A stretch of 64,000 bases of DNA from Bacteroidales bacterium (GCA_016937855.1 JAFGVU010000045.1:2045-66044), one strand, 5' to 3'; counted from the stretch's first letter, positions 9,640-20,721 are shown. Numbers and translations are program-made. The notes: a model not told the origin generated them from the sequence alone.

Positions 9640-10458
9640 TTACACAGCCACATCATTATCCCTCAACGCATCGTTAAGAGATGTTTTTTTATCTGTTGAC
9701 TCTTTCCTTTTACCAATAATAAATGCACAAGGAACTTGAAATTCACCGGCAGGGAATTTTTTTGGTACAGTACCCGGTATTACTACTGATCGTTCTGGCA
9801 CAAAACCTTTGTTCTCAATTGGAGTTTCTCCTGAAATATCAATAATTTTTGTTGATGCTGTAATTACAACATTTGCACCAAGCACAGCCTCTTCCCCAAT
9901 TCTTACACCTTCAACAATTATGCATCTGGAACCGATAAAACAATTGTCTTCAATTATTACTGGAGCAGCTTGTACGGGCTCTAAAACTCCGCCAATTCCT
10001 ACGCCACCTGAAAGGTGTACATTTTTACCTATTTGCGCACACGAACCTACAGTTGCCCATGTATCAACCATTGTTCCAGAATCTACATAAGCACCAATGT
10101 TTACATACGACGGCATCATGATTACTCCTGACGCTAAATATGAACCATGTCGGGCAACTGCATGAGGAACAACCCTTACGCCAAGTTTATCATAACCGCT
10201 TTTCAAAGGTATTTTATCGTGATACTCAAATATCCCAACTTCGCTTTTCTCCATTTTCTGAATTGGAAAGTACAAAATGACGGCTTTCTTTACCCAATCA
10301 TTAACTTTCCAACCTTCTGAAGTCTTTTCCGCTACTCGTATTTTTCCTAAATCAAGCAGGCTAATTACCTCACGGATAGCTTTTTGAGTATTCTCTTCTT
10401 TTAACAACTCGCGATTATCCCAAGCAGTTTCAATAATGTTTTTAATCTGTTTAAGCAT
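9640..10458 (-). CDS. dapD: 2,3,4,5-tetrahydropyridine-2,6-dicarboxylate N-succinyltransferase
   Basis: WVKKAVILYF, MPSYVNIGAYVD, GGVGIGGVLEP. Confidence 0.95.
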   Translation of the reverse strand: MLKQIKNIIETAWDNRELLKEENTQKAIREVISLLDLGKIRVAEKTSEGWKVNDWVKKAVILYFPIQKMEKSEVGIFEYHDKIPLKSGYDKLGVRVVPHAVARHGSYLASGVIMMPSYVNIGAYVDSGTMVDTWATVGSCAQIGKNVHLSGGVGIGGVLEPVQAAPVIIEDNCFIGSRCIIVEGVRIGEEAVLGANVVITASTKIIDISGETPIENKGFVPERSVVIPGTVPKKFPAGEFQVPCAFIIGKRKESTDKKTSLNDALRDNDVAV

Positions 10459-10533
10459 GGCAACAATTTATAAAATTCAAAATTAGCAAATAGATTTGAA
10501 GAAATAGAATATTCAGAAAGATTTTGCTAGGAC

Positions 10534-11481
10534 TTAATCCATTTTTTTCTTAGCAATAACTATCATCTCTTCTCCATATTTTAGACAGGACATCGTTTTG
10601 TAGATTATATCGTGAGCCAGTAAACCAATCCAAATTACAAATTTTGGAACTTTTGTTATTTTATTAAAAAAATTCTGACGTTCTGAATTTGATATTGCTT
10701 GTTGTGAGGTTTCGGTTTCCTTCTTTTTACGACCTTTTAACCAAGGCAACACAGTAAACATAAGGAATAATTTTAACTCATAGCTAGATTTAATTTTAAT
10801 TATTTCGAAACCTTCTTTTTCGAGGAGATATTTGATGCTTTCTTTTGAAAAATAATTGATGTGCTCTATCGACATCATGCTCCAGTTCTGTTTTTGCTTT
10901 TTTGCAACTTTACTATCTATCTGAGGAACTTGAAAAATAAAATATCCATCGTCTTTTAATATTGTGCGAGCACGACGAACCACTTCTGCGGGTTTTTCGA
11001 TATGCTCTAGAACATCCCACATAGTAACAACATCCCAATTTTTTTCTGGAAGACTTAGATTAAAAAAGTTGTCGTGAACAACGTCAAGATTTAAGTCGTT
11101 TGCAGCATAATAATGCATTAACTCAGAGATTTCTACACCTGATACATCAAACCCCATAAGTTTCGCGGTGTACAAAAAATGTCCCCATCCAACGCCAATA
11201 TCATACAACTTGCCCTTCTTAACGAATTTTCGAATTAGTTTAATCCTAAGTTTATGACGACGAATTTTTATGTAGTTATTTCCTTGCCTGACAGACTTTA
11301 AAACCTCTTCGTCTCGGTAATCTTCATAGGGAATGCTTTCGCGATAAAATTGCGGAATAAAAACAAATTTGCAATTCTGACATTCACAAACTTTAAAGTC
11401 GTTTCTTTCAAATTTTAATAAAAATGCTTGCGGATCATTATTCCCACATACTTCACAATTTATGTTTTCACGATAACTCAT
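10534..11481 (-). CDS. Class I SAM-dependent methyltransferase with N-terminal CxxC..CxxC
   Basis: DIGVGWG SAM motif and WDVLEH. Start moved to ATG 11481 because the TTG at 11493 lies inside a TATATTTG promoter box (11491-11498). Confidence 0.85.
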   Translation of the reverse strand: MSYRENINCEVCGNNDPQAFLLKFERNDFKVCECQNCKFVFIPQFYRESIPYEDYRDEEVLKSVRQGNNYIKIRRHKLRIKLIRKFVKKGKLYDIGVGWGHFLYTAKLMGFDVSGVEISELMHYYAANDLNLDVVHDNFFNLSLPEKNWDVVTMWDVLEHIEKPAEVVRRARTILKDDGYFIFQVPQIDSKVAKKQKQNWSMMSIEHINYFSKESIKYLLEKEGFEIIKIKSSYELKLFLMFTVLPWLKGRKKKETETSQQAISNSERQNFFNKITKVPKFVIWIGLLAHDIIYKTMSCLKYGEEMIVIAKKKMD

Positions 11482-11561
11482 ACTCGTCGGCAAATATACT
11501 AAACAAAAATGTCAATACAAACATAAAAACATTATCGGATTTTCTAATGATGTCAAATTAA

Positions 11562-12641
11562 CTAATCGTTATTAAACCCTGCAACAATTGCAAAATGGTC
11601 AGAATCTGAGGTTTTAATAATTTCATGTGAAACACAATCGAATTTTTTGTCGAAGAGAATATAGTCAATTCTTTGTTTAATGTTAAAGTTGTCCCAAGTG
11701 TAACCGGGATATTTCCCCTTTGATACATAGGTGTCTTTTAATCCTTTGGCAACAGTAAAATAAGTGTAGGTTAATGGACCATCATTAAAGTCGCCACAAA
11801 CAAAAACAGGATAACTGCAAGAGTCTATTGATGATCTTACCATTTCGGCTTGATGTGCTCTGGTTTTTAAAGATGACAGGTACTTTTTTAATACAATTTT
11901 TATTTTCGTATTATCATCAGATTCTGCAAATTCTTCTATCAGAGTATAATCGTTTTGATTTAGTTGTATTGACTGTAAATGAACATTAAAGACACGCACA
12001 GTATCACTATTAATAACTATATCGCTATAGATATAACCATTAAATGACTGATCAAACTTTTTAGCATACTCATTAATTATTGGAAATTTAGATATTGTTA
12101 CCAATCCAAAATTTTGTCCGCCGACAGCAGTAGCCATTGCAACTTGATGTATATCTTCTGCTCCAATTTTTTGCATTATTGGTGATAATGTAATAAAATT
12201 TTGATTACTATTATTCCAATATGCTTCTTGCAAACATAAAATATCTGGGTTTTCATGCTCTATCGAGGAAATAATATTATTCTTTATTTGTTGATTATTA
12301 TCCCAATTATAAAACCCAAAAACCATAACGTTATACGACATAATCTTAAAATCAGCGGAAGTATCGGAGGTGCTAAACAAAGTCGAAAACGGAAACACAA
12401 GACTGATAAACTTTATACCGGCTAATACTGTAACAAAAGAAATAAATGAATATTTCCATTTTAATATTAACCAGATTATTGCAAAAAACAGATTTAGTAC
12501 TGTTAGCCCAACATAAATAAAAGGCAGAAGCGCTACAGCTATAGTTTTTTCCGGAGAAATGTAAACAGAGAAATAAGTTAAAACAAGAAGAATGGCAACA
12601 ATAATATTAACTGTCAATAATATAATTCTAATTGTTTTCAA
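11562..12641 (-). CDS. Endonuclease/exonuclease/phosphatase family membrane protein
   Basis: MSYNV, CLQE, CGDFND, RIDYI, SDH motifs; N-terminal TM helices; TTG start. Confidence 0.9.
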   Translation of the reverse strand: MKTIRIILLTVNIIVAILLVLTYFSVYISPEKTIAVALLPFIYVGLTVLNLFFAIIWLILKWKYSFISFVTVLAGIKFISLVFPFSTLFSTSDTSADFKIMSYNVMVFGFYNWDNNQQIKNNIISSIEHENPDILCLQEAYWNNSNQNFITLSPIMQKIGAEDIHQVAMATAVGGQNFGLVTISKFPIINEYAKKFDQSFNGYIYSDIVINSDTVRVFNVHLQSIQLNQNDYTLIEEFAESDDNTKIKIVLKKYLSSLKTRAHQAEMVRSSIDSCSYPVFVCGDFNDGPLTYTYFTVAKGLKDTYVSKGKYPGYTWDNFNIKQRIDYILFDKKFDCVSHEIIKTSDSDHFAIVAGFNND

Positions 12642-12642
12642 A

Positions 12643-13545
12643 TTATTTTTTATTACTCATGTTAAACAATTTTTCCTTTTCACTTTTTGATAAACTTGAG
12701 TACCCGGATTGAGCAATTTTTTCCAGAATTTTATCAATTTCGTCCTGTTCAGCCTTCTTTCTAGCATTATATTCCATATCGTTTTCGGGGCGATTTGGCT
12801 TGGTTTTCTTTTTATTGCGATAAGTTATTTTCATGTCCTTCGAAGGCTTAAAGAACTCTTTAATCCCATATAAAAACCTTGATAACCAAATAGTTATATC
12901 TGTTCCTTTTCGATAGTTAATAACAAATAAATAACCCAAAAAAGCTCCGCCCAAGTGAGCAATATGTCCTCCGGCATTGTCTATTGGAATACTTATTAAA
13001 TCGATTACGATTATTCCGATTGCGAGATATTTTAATTTCACCTTACCAAAAAATAGCATATATACTTGCTGGTTGGGAACCAATGTTGCAACAGCAATAA
13101 CAATTGCCATAACAGAAGCAGACGCACCCAAAGCTACTGAGAAAAGTGCATCAAAAGAAAAAGCTGGTATTAAATTAAATGCTGTAATATAAAAAATTGC
13201 TCCGGAAATTCCTCCCAAAATATAAACGCCTAACATTTGGCGTTGCGACAAAAATTGCAAAAAAAGTTTACCAAACCAAAAAAACACTAATAGGTTAAAA
13301 AGGATATGAAAAAAATTTGAATGAGTAAACATGTATGTTACAATTGTCCACGGGCGAACCAAAAGAGAATCTATATCAGCAGGCACAGCAAGCCACGGAA
13401 CAATGTCAAAAAAGTCTGAGCCTGACAAAAAGCCAAGTATTTTAAACACCATAATTATCCCGAAAACAATTAAGTTTAAATAGATAAGTGTGTTAAAATT
13501 GTTACGACCTTTGAGGCTATATTTTATTTCGTCGATAAAACTCAT
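12643..13545 (-). CDS. Rhomboid family intramembrane protease with soluble C-terminal tail
   Basis: HILFN, GASAS, AHLGG; C-terminal IDKILEKIAQSGYSSL. Confidence 0.9.
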   Translation of the reverse strand: MSFIDEIKYSLKGRNNFNTLIYLNLIVFGIIMVFKILGFLSGSDFFDIVPWLAVPADIDSLLVRPWTIVTYMFTHSNFFHILFNLLVFFWFGKLFLQFLSQRQMLGVYILGGISGAIFYITAFNLIPAFSFDALFSVALGASASVMAIVIAVATLVPNQQVYMLFFGKVKLKYLAIGIIVIDLISIPIDNAGGHIAHLGGAFLGYLFVINYRKGTDITIWLSRFLYGIKEFFKPSKDMKITYRNKKKTKPNRPENDMEYNARKKAEQDEIDKILEKIAQSGYSSLSKSEKEKLFNMSNKK

Positions 13546-13546
13546 G

Positions 13547-14278
13547 TTAATCCCACCTGTTAAACTGTTTTTTCTTCCAAAGCAAAATAAAAATTAAACC
13601 AAACAGCATCCCTCCAAGATGGGCAAAGTGAGCAACATTATCTCCACTTCTGTTAGCAAATCCCATATATATCTCTATCGCGGTAAAAATCATCACTAAG
13701 TATTTTGCTTTGATTGGAATTGCAAAATATACATAAAGTAAAACGTTTGGAAACATCATTCCGAAGGCAAGTAACAAACCATAAACTGCTCCGGATGCAC
13801 CAACTGTTGGGGTATTAATCATTAAATTTAAATCGCGCATTTGCGGATCGACATAATTTTTACCACTCATTAAAATGTTTCCACCTTCGTTTAACACAGT
13901 CTGCACTTGTTCGGTTGCCATTTGGTTTATAAGTGCATTTATCTCCAAATGCATAACTCCAAGATGTAAAGCAGCTGCGCCAAGTCCGGTTACAAAGTAA
14001 TAAATAAAAAACCTTTTTTGTCCCCACACATCTTCGAGTATCTTACCAAACATATATAAGGCAAACATATTAAAAAACAAATGCCAAAAGTCGCCATGCA
14101 TAAACATATGCGAGATTAGTTGAATAGGTTTAAAAAACTCTGATTTCGGACTATAAACAGCTAGGAAAAGCTGTAATTCCGGAAACACCATTGTTAACAA
14201 AAACAAGGCAACATTAATAATCAGCAATGTTTTTACCACCGGAGGCAAATCTAAAAATCCTTTTCTTTGATAATACAT
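13547..14278 (-). CDS. Rhomboid family intramembrane protease
   Basis: HLFFNM, GASGA, AHFAHLGG. Confidence 0.92.
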   Translation of the reverse strand: MYYQRKGFLDLPPVVKTLLIINVALFLLTMVFPELQLFLAVYSPKSEFFKPIQLISHMFMHGDFWHLFFNMFALYMFGKILEDVWGQKRFFIYYFVTGLGAAALHLGVMHLEINALINQMATEQVQTVLNEGGNILMSGKNYVDPQMRDLNLMINTPTVGASGAVYGLLLAFGMMFPNVLLYVYFAIPIKAKYLVMIFTAIEIYMGFANRSGDNVAHFAHLGGMLFGLIFILLWKKKQFNRWD

Positions 14279-16104
14279 TAATTCAGTTTCCTTTCAATTT
14301 CGTCTATACTAATTATTTCGAGTATTTTTTTCCCATCGGCAGTATGATTATGATTAGCACACGACATTAATCTATAAAACAAATCCTGCATCTCTTCTTC
14401 GTGCAGATGCTTTCCGATTTTAAAAGCAGCAGTTTTGGCAAGAGATAGAGCAATTTTTTCGTGTAAAACCATTTCTGCACTTGCCGATATTTCTCCCAAA
14501 ACATAAACCATTTGTTCTAGTGTCTTTTGTGGGTCAATATCAGTCAAATCGCCCGGAACACCTCTGATTTCAAATTTATCACTCCCCATCATAACAATTT
14601 CAAAACCAATATTGTTTAGCTCACTCAACACTTCGACAAGAATCGCTCTATCAGAAGGAGCTGGCTGAAAAACAACAGGAAAAAGAGTTTTTTGCACAAC
14701 CCCTTTGCGCGTTTCGAGTAGTTTTAAGAATTTTTCGTACAAAATTTGCTCATGAGCACGTTTTTGATTAATTAAAATCAATCCTGATTTACCCGAAGTT
14801 AAAATATATTTGTTCTTTAGTTGAAAAAATATGTTGCGCTCTTCATTTTTAACACTTTGCTGATCAAGCAAGCTTGTTTGGGTAGGTATATTTTCCTGAG
14901 GTAAATAGAAATCGTCGGGAGTTTGGCTTTTGTTTGTCGTATATACACTCTCCCAATTTTCAGGAATTTTATTTCTTTGATATTTTGGAGTACTGCTTTG
15001 TTCAAAGGGGTTATAATCAGGATTTATCGGGATATTTGGAGCCTTAAAACTGGTTTTAGATGTAAAATGTGCATCGCGTGTAATGTTTTCCTCAAACTCC
15101 AAACTCGGCACAATGTTAAACTTGCCCAACGACTCTTTTACGGCGGCATTTAAAATTTGAAAAATTGCTTGCTCGTCCTCGAACTTAATCTCAGTTTTAG
15201 TTGGATGAATATTTATATCAATATTTGCAGGATCGACATCCAGATAAATAAAAAATGTGGGGTGTTCTCCTTCTGGAATAAGCTTGTTGTATGCCATCGA
15301 AATTGCTTTTCGAAAGTATGGATGATACATATACCGATTATTGACAAAGAAAAACTGCTCGCCGGTAGATTTTTTTGACCTTTCCGGCTTCGCAATAAAG
15401 CCCGACACATTAACTATTGAAGTATCGGTATTGATACTGATTAAATTTTGATTAAGATTTTTTCCAAATACAGTTACAATTCTTTGTCTTAGGTTTTCGG
15501 GCTTAATCTGAAAAACAGGATTGCCATCAGACACAAATGTAAAAGATATTTCTGGGTTGGTAAGTATTATTCGATGAAGTTCGTTTAAAATGTGCCTATA
15601 TTCAGCTCTATCAGATTTTAAGAATTTTCGCCTTGCTGGCACATTATAAAACAGGTTTTTGATCAAGAAATTTGTTCCTACTGGGCAAGCAGTAGGTTCT
15701 TGAGATATTATTTCGGAGCCGGATATGCAAATATGAGTTCCAACACTTGAAGTCTCTGTTTTTGTTTTGACCTCTACCGAAGCAATTGCTGCAATCGAAG
15801 CCAAAGCTTCGCCACGAAACCCCATTGTTTTTATGGCAAATAGATCTTCGGCTTTGGATATTTTTGATGTTGCATGGCGTTCAAAACACATTCTGGCATC
15901 AGTTTGCGACATACCACAACCATTATCTATAATCTGTATAAATGTTTTTCCGGCATCTTTAACCTGTATCTGTATTTCGGTTGCACCTGCATCAATAGAA
16001 TTTTCGACGAGCTCTTTAATTACAGAAGCCGGTCGCTGAATAACCTCACCGGCAGCAATTTGGTTTGCAACGGCATCGGATAGTAATTTGATCAAGTCTG
16101 ACAT
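14278..16104 (-). CDS. mutL: DNA mismatch repair protein MutL
   Basis: NQIAAGEVIQRP, GFRGEALASI, DINIHPTK. Confidence 0.97.
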   Translation of the reverse strand: MSDLIKLLSDAVANQIAAGEVIQRPASVIKELVENSIDAGATEIQIQVKDAGKTFIQIIDNGCGMSQTDARMCFERHATSKISKAEDLFAIKTMGFRGEALASIAAIASVEVKTKTETSSVGTHICISGSEIISQEPTACPVGTNFLIKNLFYNVPARRKFLKSDRAEYRHILNELHRIILTNPEISFTFVSDGNPVFQIKPENLRQRIVTVFGKNLNQNLISINTDTSIVNVSGFIAKPERSKKSTGEQFFFVNNRYMYHPYFRKAISMAYNKLIPEGEHPTFFIYLDVDPANIDINIHPTKTEIKFEDEQAIFQILNAAVKESLGKFNIVPSLEFEENITRDAHFTSKTSFKAPNIPINPDYNPFEQSSTPKYQRNKIPENWESVYTTNKSQTPDDFYLPQENIPTQTSLLDQQSVKNEERNIFFQLKNKYILTSGKSGLILINQKRAHEQILYEKFLKLLETRKGVVQKTLFPVVFQPAPSDRAILVEVLSELNNIGFEIVMMGSDKFEIRGVPGDLTDIDPQKTLEQMVYVLGEISASAEMVLHEKIALSLAKTAAFKIGKHLHEEEMQDLFYRLMSCANHNHTADGKKILEIISIDEIERKLN

Positions 16105-16430
16105 TATTTGCTAAAAAATTTAATTAAAGGCGTTAAGTCAACTACTAATAAAATGTATGCCATAAAGAATAAAACTGCCATAATGACAAAAAGTCTTATT
16201 GTTGAGCTTCGACTTCGATATGCTTTTCGCGGCATTTTTGGACGAAAACTGCCTTTAATTGTACTCCCGGGTTTGTACCCATCTTCATTGCTGTCAACTT
16301 GTGCTTTGCCTCTCATTTCACGTAATTCTTTACGTCGCTCATCTCTATCCTCCTTGTCTGGATCGTAAAAACGAGGTTTATAATCGAAAACGTTATATTG
16401 TGGTAATTTAAAAAAACTTCCTACACCCAT
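16104..16430 (-). CDS. Conserved-looking hypothetical protein with C-terminal TM helix
   Basis: FDYKPRFYD motif; stop codon overlaps the mutL start by 1 nt. Confidence 0.75.
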   Translation of the reverse strand: MGVGSFFKLPQYNVFDYKPRFYDPDKEDRDERRKELREMRGKAQVDSNEDGYKPGSTIKGSFRPKMPRKAYRSRSSTIRLFVIMAVLFFMAYILLVVDLTPLIKFFSK

Positions 16431-16518
16431 AATTAAATTTTTTACAAAAGTATCAATTTTTTAGTACTGTTCTTAGACTTAATAACACTATTTTATTGCT
16501 TTTATTTTTATTCCGTAA

Positions 16519-18009
16519 TTATTTATTGTCCCTTTTTACGAAAAACTGAAAGATCTTTTTTAGCATGTCGCTTGTCTCAGGGGAATATCCAGCTATTAAA
16601 AGAGGAAGGATATAGATTATTGATATGATGGCACTTCTAACGAACAAATCAATTATTAGTGATCCAAAATCCGGTATCAACCAAGAAATAAAATAAGCAA
16701 AACCACCCAATAATATCATTACCAAATGCTTGTAATTATATGGTTGCGCATTAAACTTTATTTTTACATAAACAATTTGAATAAGACCAACTGAAACAAA
16801 AGAAATAAAAGATGCTAGAGCAGCTCCGTCAATTCCATAATCGGGTAATAGAACAATGTTTAATACAACAATAAGAACTATAAGAAAGAGCATCAAATAA
16901 CTATGTTGTCGATAATATTTACTGTACTGAATTATTACACCGCTAATTGCAGAAACACTTTGAACAACAAATGCCAACGAAATAAATAGAATTACATATC
17001 GTCCTGATTCAAACTCGGCAGGTAAAAATTTCATAATGTTATTTATATTCCCCCAAATAAGAATAAACATAAAAACACTTAGCAATAGTAAATTGTGAGT
17101 GCTTTGAGAATAAATGTTTTTTATTTTACCCCAATTATCTTGTTTAATATCTTCGCCAATAATTGAACTGGATATTCTGATAAGTGCACGTGCCGGTAAA
17201 AGAATAATTGTCCCAAAAAAGAATGCAGTAGAATAAACTCCTGTTGCACTAAGATCGCAATAGTGATTGATTAAATATCTATCAACTTGAAAAACTGCAA
17301 TTGTACTAAAACCGGAAATAAGTCCAAAAGCAGCCACACTAATTATTTCTCGAATAAATTTTTTATCCAGAATCAAAAAAGATGGTTTTATGCTCAGTTG
17401 ATTTTTATACAGCAGCAATAAGCAAATCAGCAATAAAGGCACACCATAAGCTATGGTATAGTAGATTATAAATGCATGAAAATCGAAAACATCTAAATAA
17501 AACAAAATAATTCCTGCAAGATTTAATATCCGCAACAGAAACTCTTTTACAAAAAGTCCAAAGGATGCATTAAATAGAACTCTATTGTATGAATCAACTA
17601 ATAAATAAAATATAGAAATAAAAATTAGCGGAATAAGCAAATAAACATATTCTGCAAAAAGTGGTGAGGACTGAACATTTGAATTGACGAGAAAAGGTTT
17701 CCAGATGTAATATGCAATTGCACAAATTATAAAACCTAGAGTTCCAACTGATAATAGCAGAAAAAGAAAACCATTGTTTTTGTTTTTTGAGTCTTTAAAA
17801 TATGGAAATAGCTTAACGCTAACATTCATAAAACCTAAAGTCCCAAGTTGTCCAAATATTGCAGAAAGAGAGATTAACAAATTTGTTAAGCCGATTTCGG
17901 CTGTCGAAAAAATCTGTGGCATTATTAGTCCAATATTGATAAAACCAATAATTGCGCCTAATGCCGAATAGGCAGAACCCTTTATAGTTTGTCTAGCAAT
18001 AATGCCCAT
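16519..18009 (-). CDS. Polysaccharide biosynthesis flippase (Wzx/MOP superfamily)
   Basis: About 14 hydrophobic segments; MGIIARQTIKG start; LPDYGIDGAALA. Confidence 0.85.
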   Translation of the reverse strand: MGIIARQTIKGSAYSALGAIIGFINIGLIMPQIFSTAEIGLTNLLISLSAIFGQLGTLGFMNVSVKLFPYFKDSKNKNNGFLFLLLSVGTLGFIICAIAYYIWKPFLVNSNVQSSPLFAEYVYLLIPLIFISIFYLLVDSYNRVLFNASFGLFVKEFLLRILNLAGIILFYLDVFDFHAFIIYYTIAYGVPLLLICLLLLYKNQLSIKPSFLILDKKFIREIISVAAFGLISGFSTIAVFQVDRYLINHYCDLSATGVYSTAFFFGTIILLPARALIRISSSIIGEDIKQDNWGKIKNIYSQSTHNLLLLSVFMFILIWGNINNIMKFLPAEFESGRYVILFISLAFVVQSVSAISGVIIQYSKYYRQHSYLMLFLIVLIVVLNIVLLPDYGIDGAALASFISFVSVGLIQIVYVKIKFNAQPYNYKHLVMILLGGFAYFISWLIPDFGSLIIDLFVRSAIISIIYILPLLIAGYSPETSDMLKKIFQFFVKRDNK

Positions 18010-18019
18010 AAATTGACTT

Positions 18020-18439
18020 TTAGAAAAGGAGTTTTTCTTTTGACTTTAGCTTTTCAGGCTCCAGACTAAAGACAGCAGTAATACCATCTTCTTTTTTTAA
18101 ATTTGTCATTATAATCTCGTCAATGTGTGTTTCTTCGTCACTATTTACAATAATAAAATAATCAATATTTTTTAACTCTTCAATTAAAAAACCTTCCATT
18201 CCTTTATTTGCAACTAGTTTTATGTCTGGGAATTTATATTTGTCTTCAATTTCGAACACACTAAAAACCAAATATTCGGTAAACCTTGGGTCGATAATTT
18301 GCAGCGATTCGGATTTTACAAATTCGCTTTTAAGTATTTTGCTCAATCGCCAAGAAATTTTGTAGTCTTCTTCGGCAGAAGAAATTCCTATTAGTTTAAA
18401 ATTGAACTGTGGTTTATATTTAAGCTTTTTCGTCTTCAT
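18020..18439 (-). CDS. IPExxxVDY-like family protein
   Basis: LIGISS..EDYKI and LIEELKNIDY motifs; position after rnc. Confidence 0.7.
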   Translation of the reverse strand: MKTKKLKYKPQFNFKLIGISSAEEDYKISWRLSKILKSEFVKSESLQIIDPRFTEYLVFSVFEIEDKYKFPDIKLVANKGMEGFLIEELKNIDYFIIVNSDEETHIDEIIMTNLKKEDGITAVFSLEPEKLKSKEKLLF

Positions 18440-18478
18440 TTATGCAAATGTAAACATTATAACTTAAACTTCAGAGTT

Positions 18479-19198
18479 TTATTTACTATTACATTTTATT
18501 TTTTTAAGTGCATTTTTCGATGCAATCTGCTCTGCTTCTTTCTTTGACCAACCCTTACCGCTTGCCACATATTGGCTATTAATACAAATTTCGCAAATAA
18601 AATGTTGGTTTTTTTCGTTAAGTTCAACGTTTTCGAATGTATCAATCAAAAGATCGAGTTTACACTTCTGAATATGTTGCAAAAGTCTTGATTTATAATC
18701 TGTATTCTGTGTAATGAGATTTGATAAGTCGAAATGTTTGTCAACTATTGATTTCAAAAATTTACCACAATAACTATATCCTCTATCATAAAAAATCGCT
18801 CCAACAATAGCTTCAAAAGAGTTCCCTCCCATGTTTTTCATTACATTCTGAGTCGAAGTTCTGTATTCCATTAGTCCAGGTATATCGAGGTCGCTAGCGA
18901 TTTTGTTTAATGTTTTTCGGTTTACGATTGTTGATCTGAGAATAGACAGTTTTCCCTCGTCAGCTTTTGGAAAATAAACAAATAAAATATCGCTTATAAT
19001 AGCATTCATTATGGCGTCACCAACAAACTCGAGTCGCTCATTATTGCTGTTTCTGTTGTTGTTTTTCCCAACAGCTGACGCATGTCTTAGGGCTTGTTTA
19101 TAATAAAACAAATCCCGAGGTTTAAACCCAAGGATTTGAATTAGTTTTTTTTGAAGTAATTTATCGGATTCTGATTTTTTACCGAAAAAAGAAAACAT
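18479..19198 (-). CDS. rnc: Ribonuclease III
   Basis: NERLEFVGDA signature; dsRBD SKKEAEQ. Confidence 0.95.
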   Translation of the reverse strand: MFSFFGKKSESDKLLQKKLIQILGFKPRDLFYYKQALRHASAVGKNNNRNSNNERLEFVGDAIMNAIISDILFVYFPKADEGKLSILRSTIVNRKTLNKIASDLDIPGLMEYRTSTQNVMKNMGGNSFEAIVGAIFYDRGYSYCGKFLKSIVDKHFDLSNLITQNTDYKSRLLQHIQKCKLDLLIDTFENVELNEKNQHFICEICINSQYVASGKGWSKKEAEQIASKNALKKIKCNSK

Positions 19199-19206
19199 TT
19201 GATACT

Positions 19207-20457
19207 TTATTCGTATTTTTTGAAAATAACTGATGTATTGTGTCCTCCAAATCCAAAAGTATTACTTAGAGCATATTTCACATCTCTTTTTTGTGCAGTA
19301 TGCAAAGTCAAGTTTAGTTTTGGATCAATTTCGGGATCTATTTGTTGGTGATTAATAGTTGGAGGAATAATGCTATCGTTTATTGCTTTGATGCAAAACA
19401 TTGCTTCCATAGCTCCGGCAGCACCTAATAAATGACCGACTATAGATTTAGTAGAACTTATATTTAAGTTATATGCATGTTCACCGAAAATTTCTTTAAT
19501 AGCAAAAAGCTCCGAAAGATCGCCACGAGGAGTTGCTGTACCATGAGCATTGATATAATCAATGTCTTCAGGTTTAATACCTGCATCAGCTAATGCGTTT
19601 CTCATAACAATTGCAGCACCACGTCCTTCAGGATGTGGAGCAGTAAGATGGTGTGCATCAGCAGACATACCAACACCTACAACTTCGGCGTAAATTTTTG
19701 CACCTCTGGCTTTTGCATGCTCATATTCTTCAAGGATCATTGCGGCACCGCCTTCACCCATAACAAATCCACTACGAGTTGCACAAAATGGTCTTGATGC
19801 AGTTTTATATTCTTCGTTATTTGCTGATATTGCCATCATAGATTGAAATCCACCCATGCCAATTTCGTTTATTGCAGCTTCGGAACCTCCGGTAACCATT
19901 GTATCGGCCATACCAAGACGAATGATATTAAAGGAATCGATAATTGCATTAGTTGAAGATGCACATGCAGAAACAGTACAATAATTTGGTCCCATCATAC
20001 CATATTTCATGGAAATGTGACCTGCTGCGATATCAGAAATGATTTTTGGAATGAAAAAAGGACTGAATCGAGGAGTGTAATCACCCTCGATATAGCCCTT
20101 AACTTCTTGATAAAAAGTTTCAACTCCACCAATACCCGATGCCCAAATTACACCCGTACGCTCTTTGTCAACAGATTCGAGGTCAAGACCTGAGTCTAAA
20201 ACAGCTTCGTCGGCTGCAATCAAAGCAAATTGTGTAAATCTGTCGATTTTCTTTGCTTCTTTACGATCGAAATACTGGTTGGGGTCATAGTTTTTTACTT
20301 CGCAAGCAAATCTTGTTTTAAACTTACTAGCATCATAGTGTGTTATCCAATCTATGCCGCTAACTCCGTTTTTTACGTTCTCCCAAGTTTCATCTGTGTT
20401 TGAACCAACGGGCGATAATGTGCCCAGACCGGTTACTACAACTCTTTTCAAAGTCAT
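19207..20457 (-). CDS. fabF: Beta-ketoacyl-ACP synthase II
   Basis: SACASS, HGTAT, GHLLGAAG, NTFGFGGHN. Confidence 0.97.
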   Translation of the reverse strand: MTLKRVVVTGLGTLSPVGSNTDETWENVKNGVSGIDWITHYDASKFKTRFACEVKNYDPNQYFDRKEAKKIDRFTQFALIAADEAVLDSGLDLESVDKERTGVIWASGIGGVETFYQEVKGYIEGDYTPRFSPFFIPKIISDIAAGHISMKYGMMGPNYCTVSACASSTNAIIDSFNIIRLGMADTMVTGGSEAAINEIGMGGFQSMMAISANNEEYKTASRPFCATRSGFVMGEGGAAMILEEYEHAKARGAKIYAEVVGVGMSADAHHLTAPHPEGRGAAIVMRNALADAGIKPEDIDYINAHGTATPRGDLSELFAIKEIFGEHAYNLNISSTKSIVGHLLGAAGAMEAMFCIKAINDSIIPPTINHQQIDPEIDPKLNLTLHTAQKRDVKYALSNTFGFGGHNTSVIFKKYE

Positions 20458-20484
20458 ACTAGTAAAGTTTAGTTAACAATAAAA

Positions 20485-20721
20485 TTACTTAACGTGTTCT
20501 TCCATGTAGCTTATCGCATCGCCTACGGTGCCGATTTTCTCAGCATCCTGATCTGAAATGGAAATCTCAAATTCTTTTTCAAATTCCATAATCAATTCAA
20601 CTGTGTCTAATGAGTCTGCTCCAAGATCATTTGTGAAACTTGCTTCTGGAGTTACTTCTGTTTCGTCAACACCTAGTTTATCAACGATAATACTTTTTAC
20701 TCTTGATGTAATGTCTGACAT
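20485..20721 (-). CDS. acpP: Acyl carrier protein
   Basis: [11 protein letters not shown]. Confidence 0.98.
   Translation of the reverse strand: MSDITSRVKSIIVDKLGVDETEVTPEASFTNDLGADSLDTVELIMEFEKEFEISISDQDAEKIGTVGDAISYMEEHVK

Noticed and set aside
18479-19198. rnc near the four-helix-bundle cassette as a functional link
   Set aside because: rnc sits in the ordinary acpP-fabF-rnc operon, so proximity is uninformative
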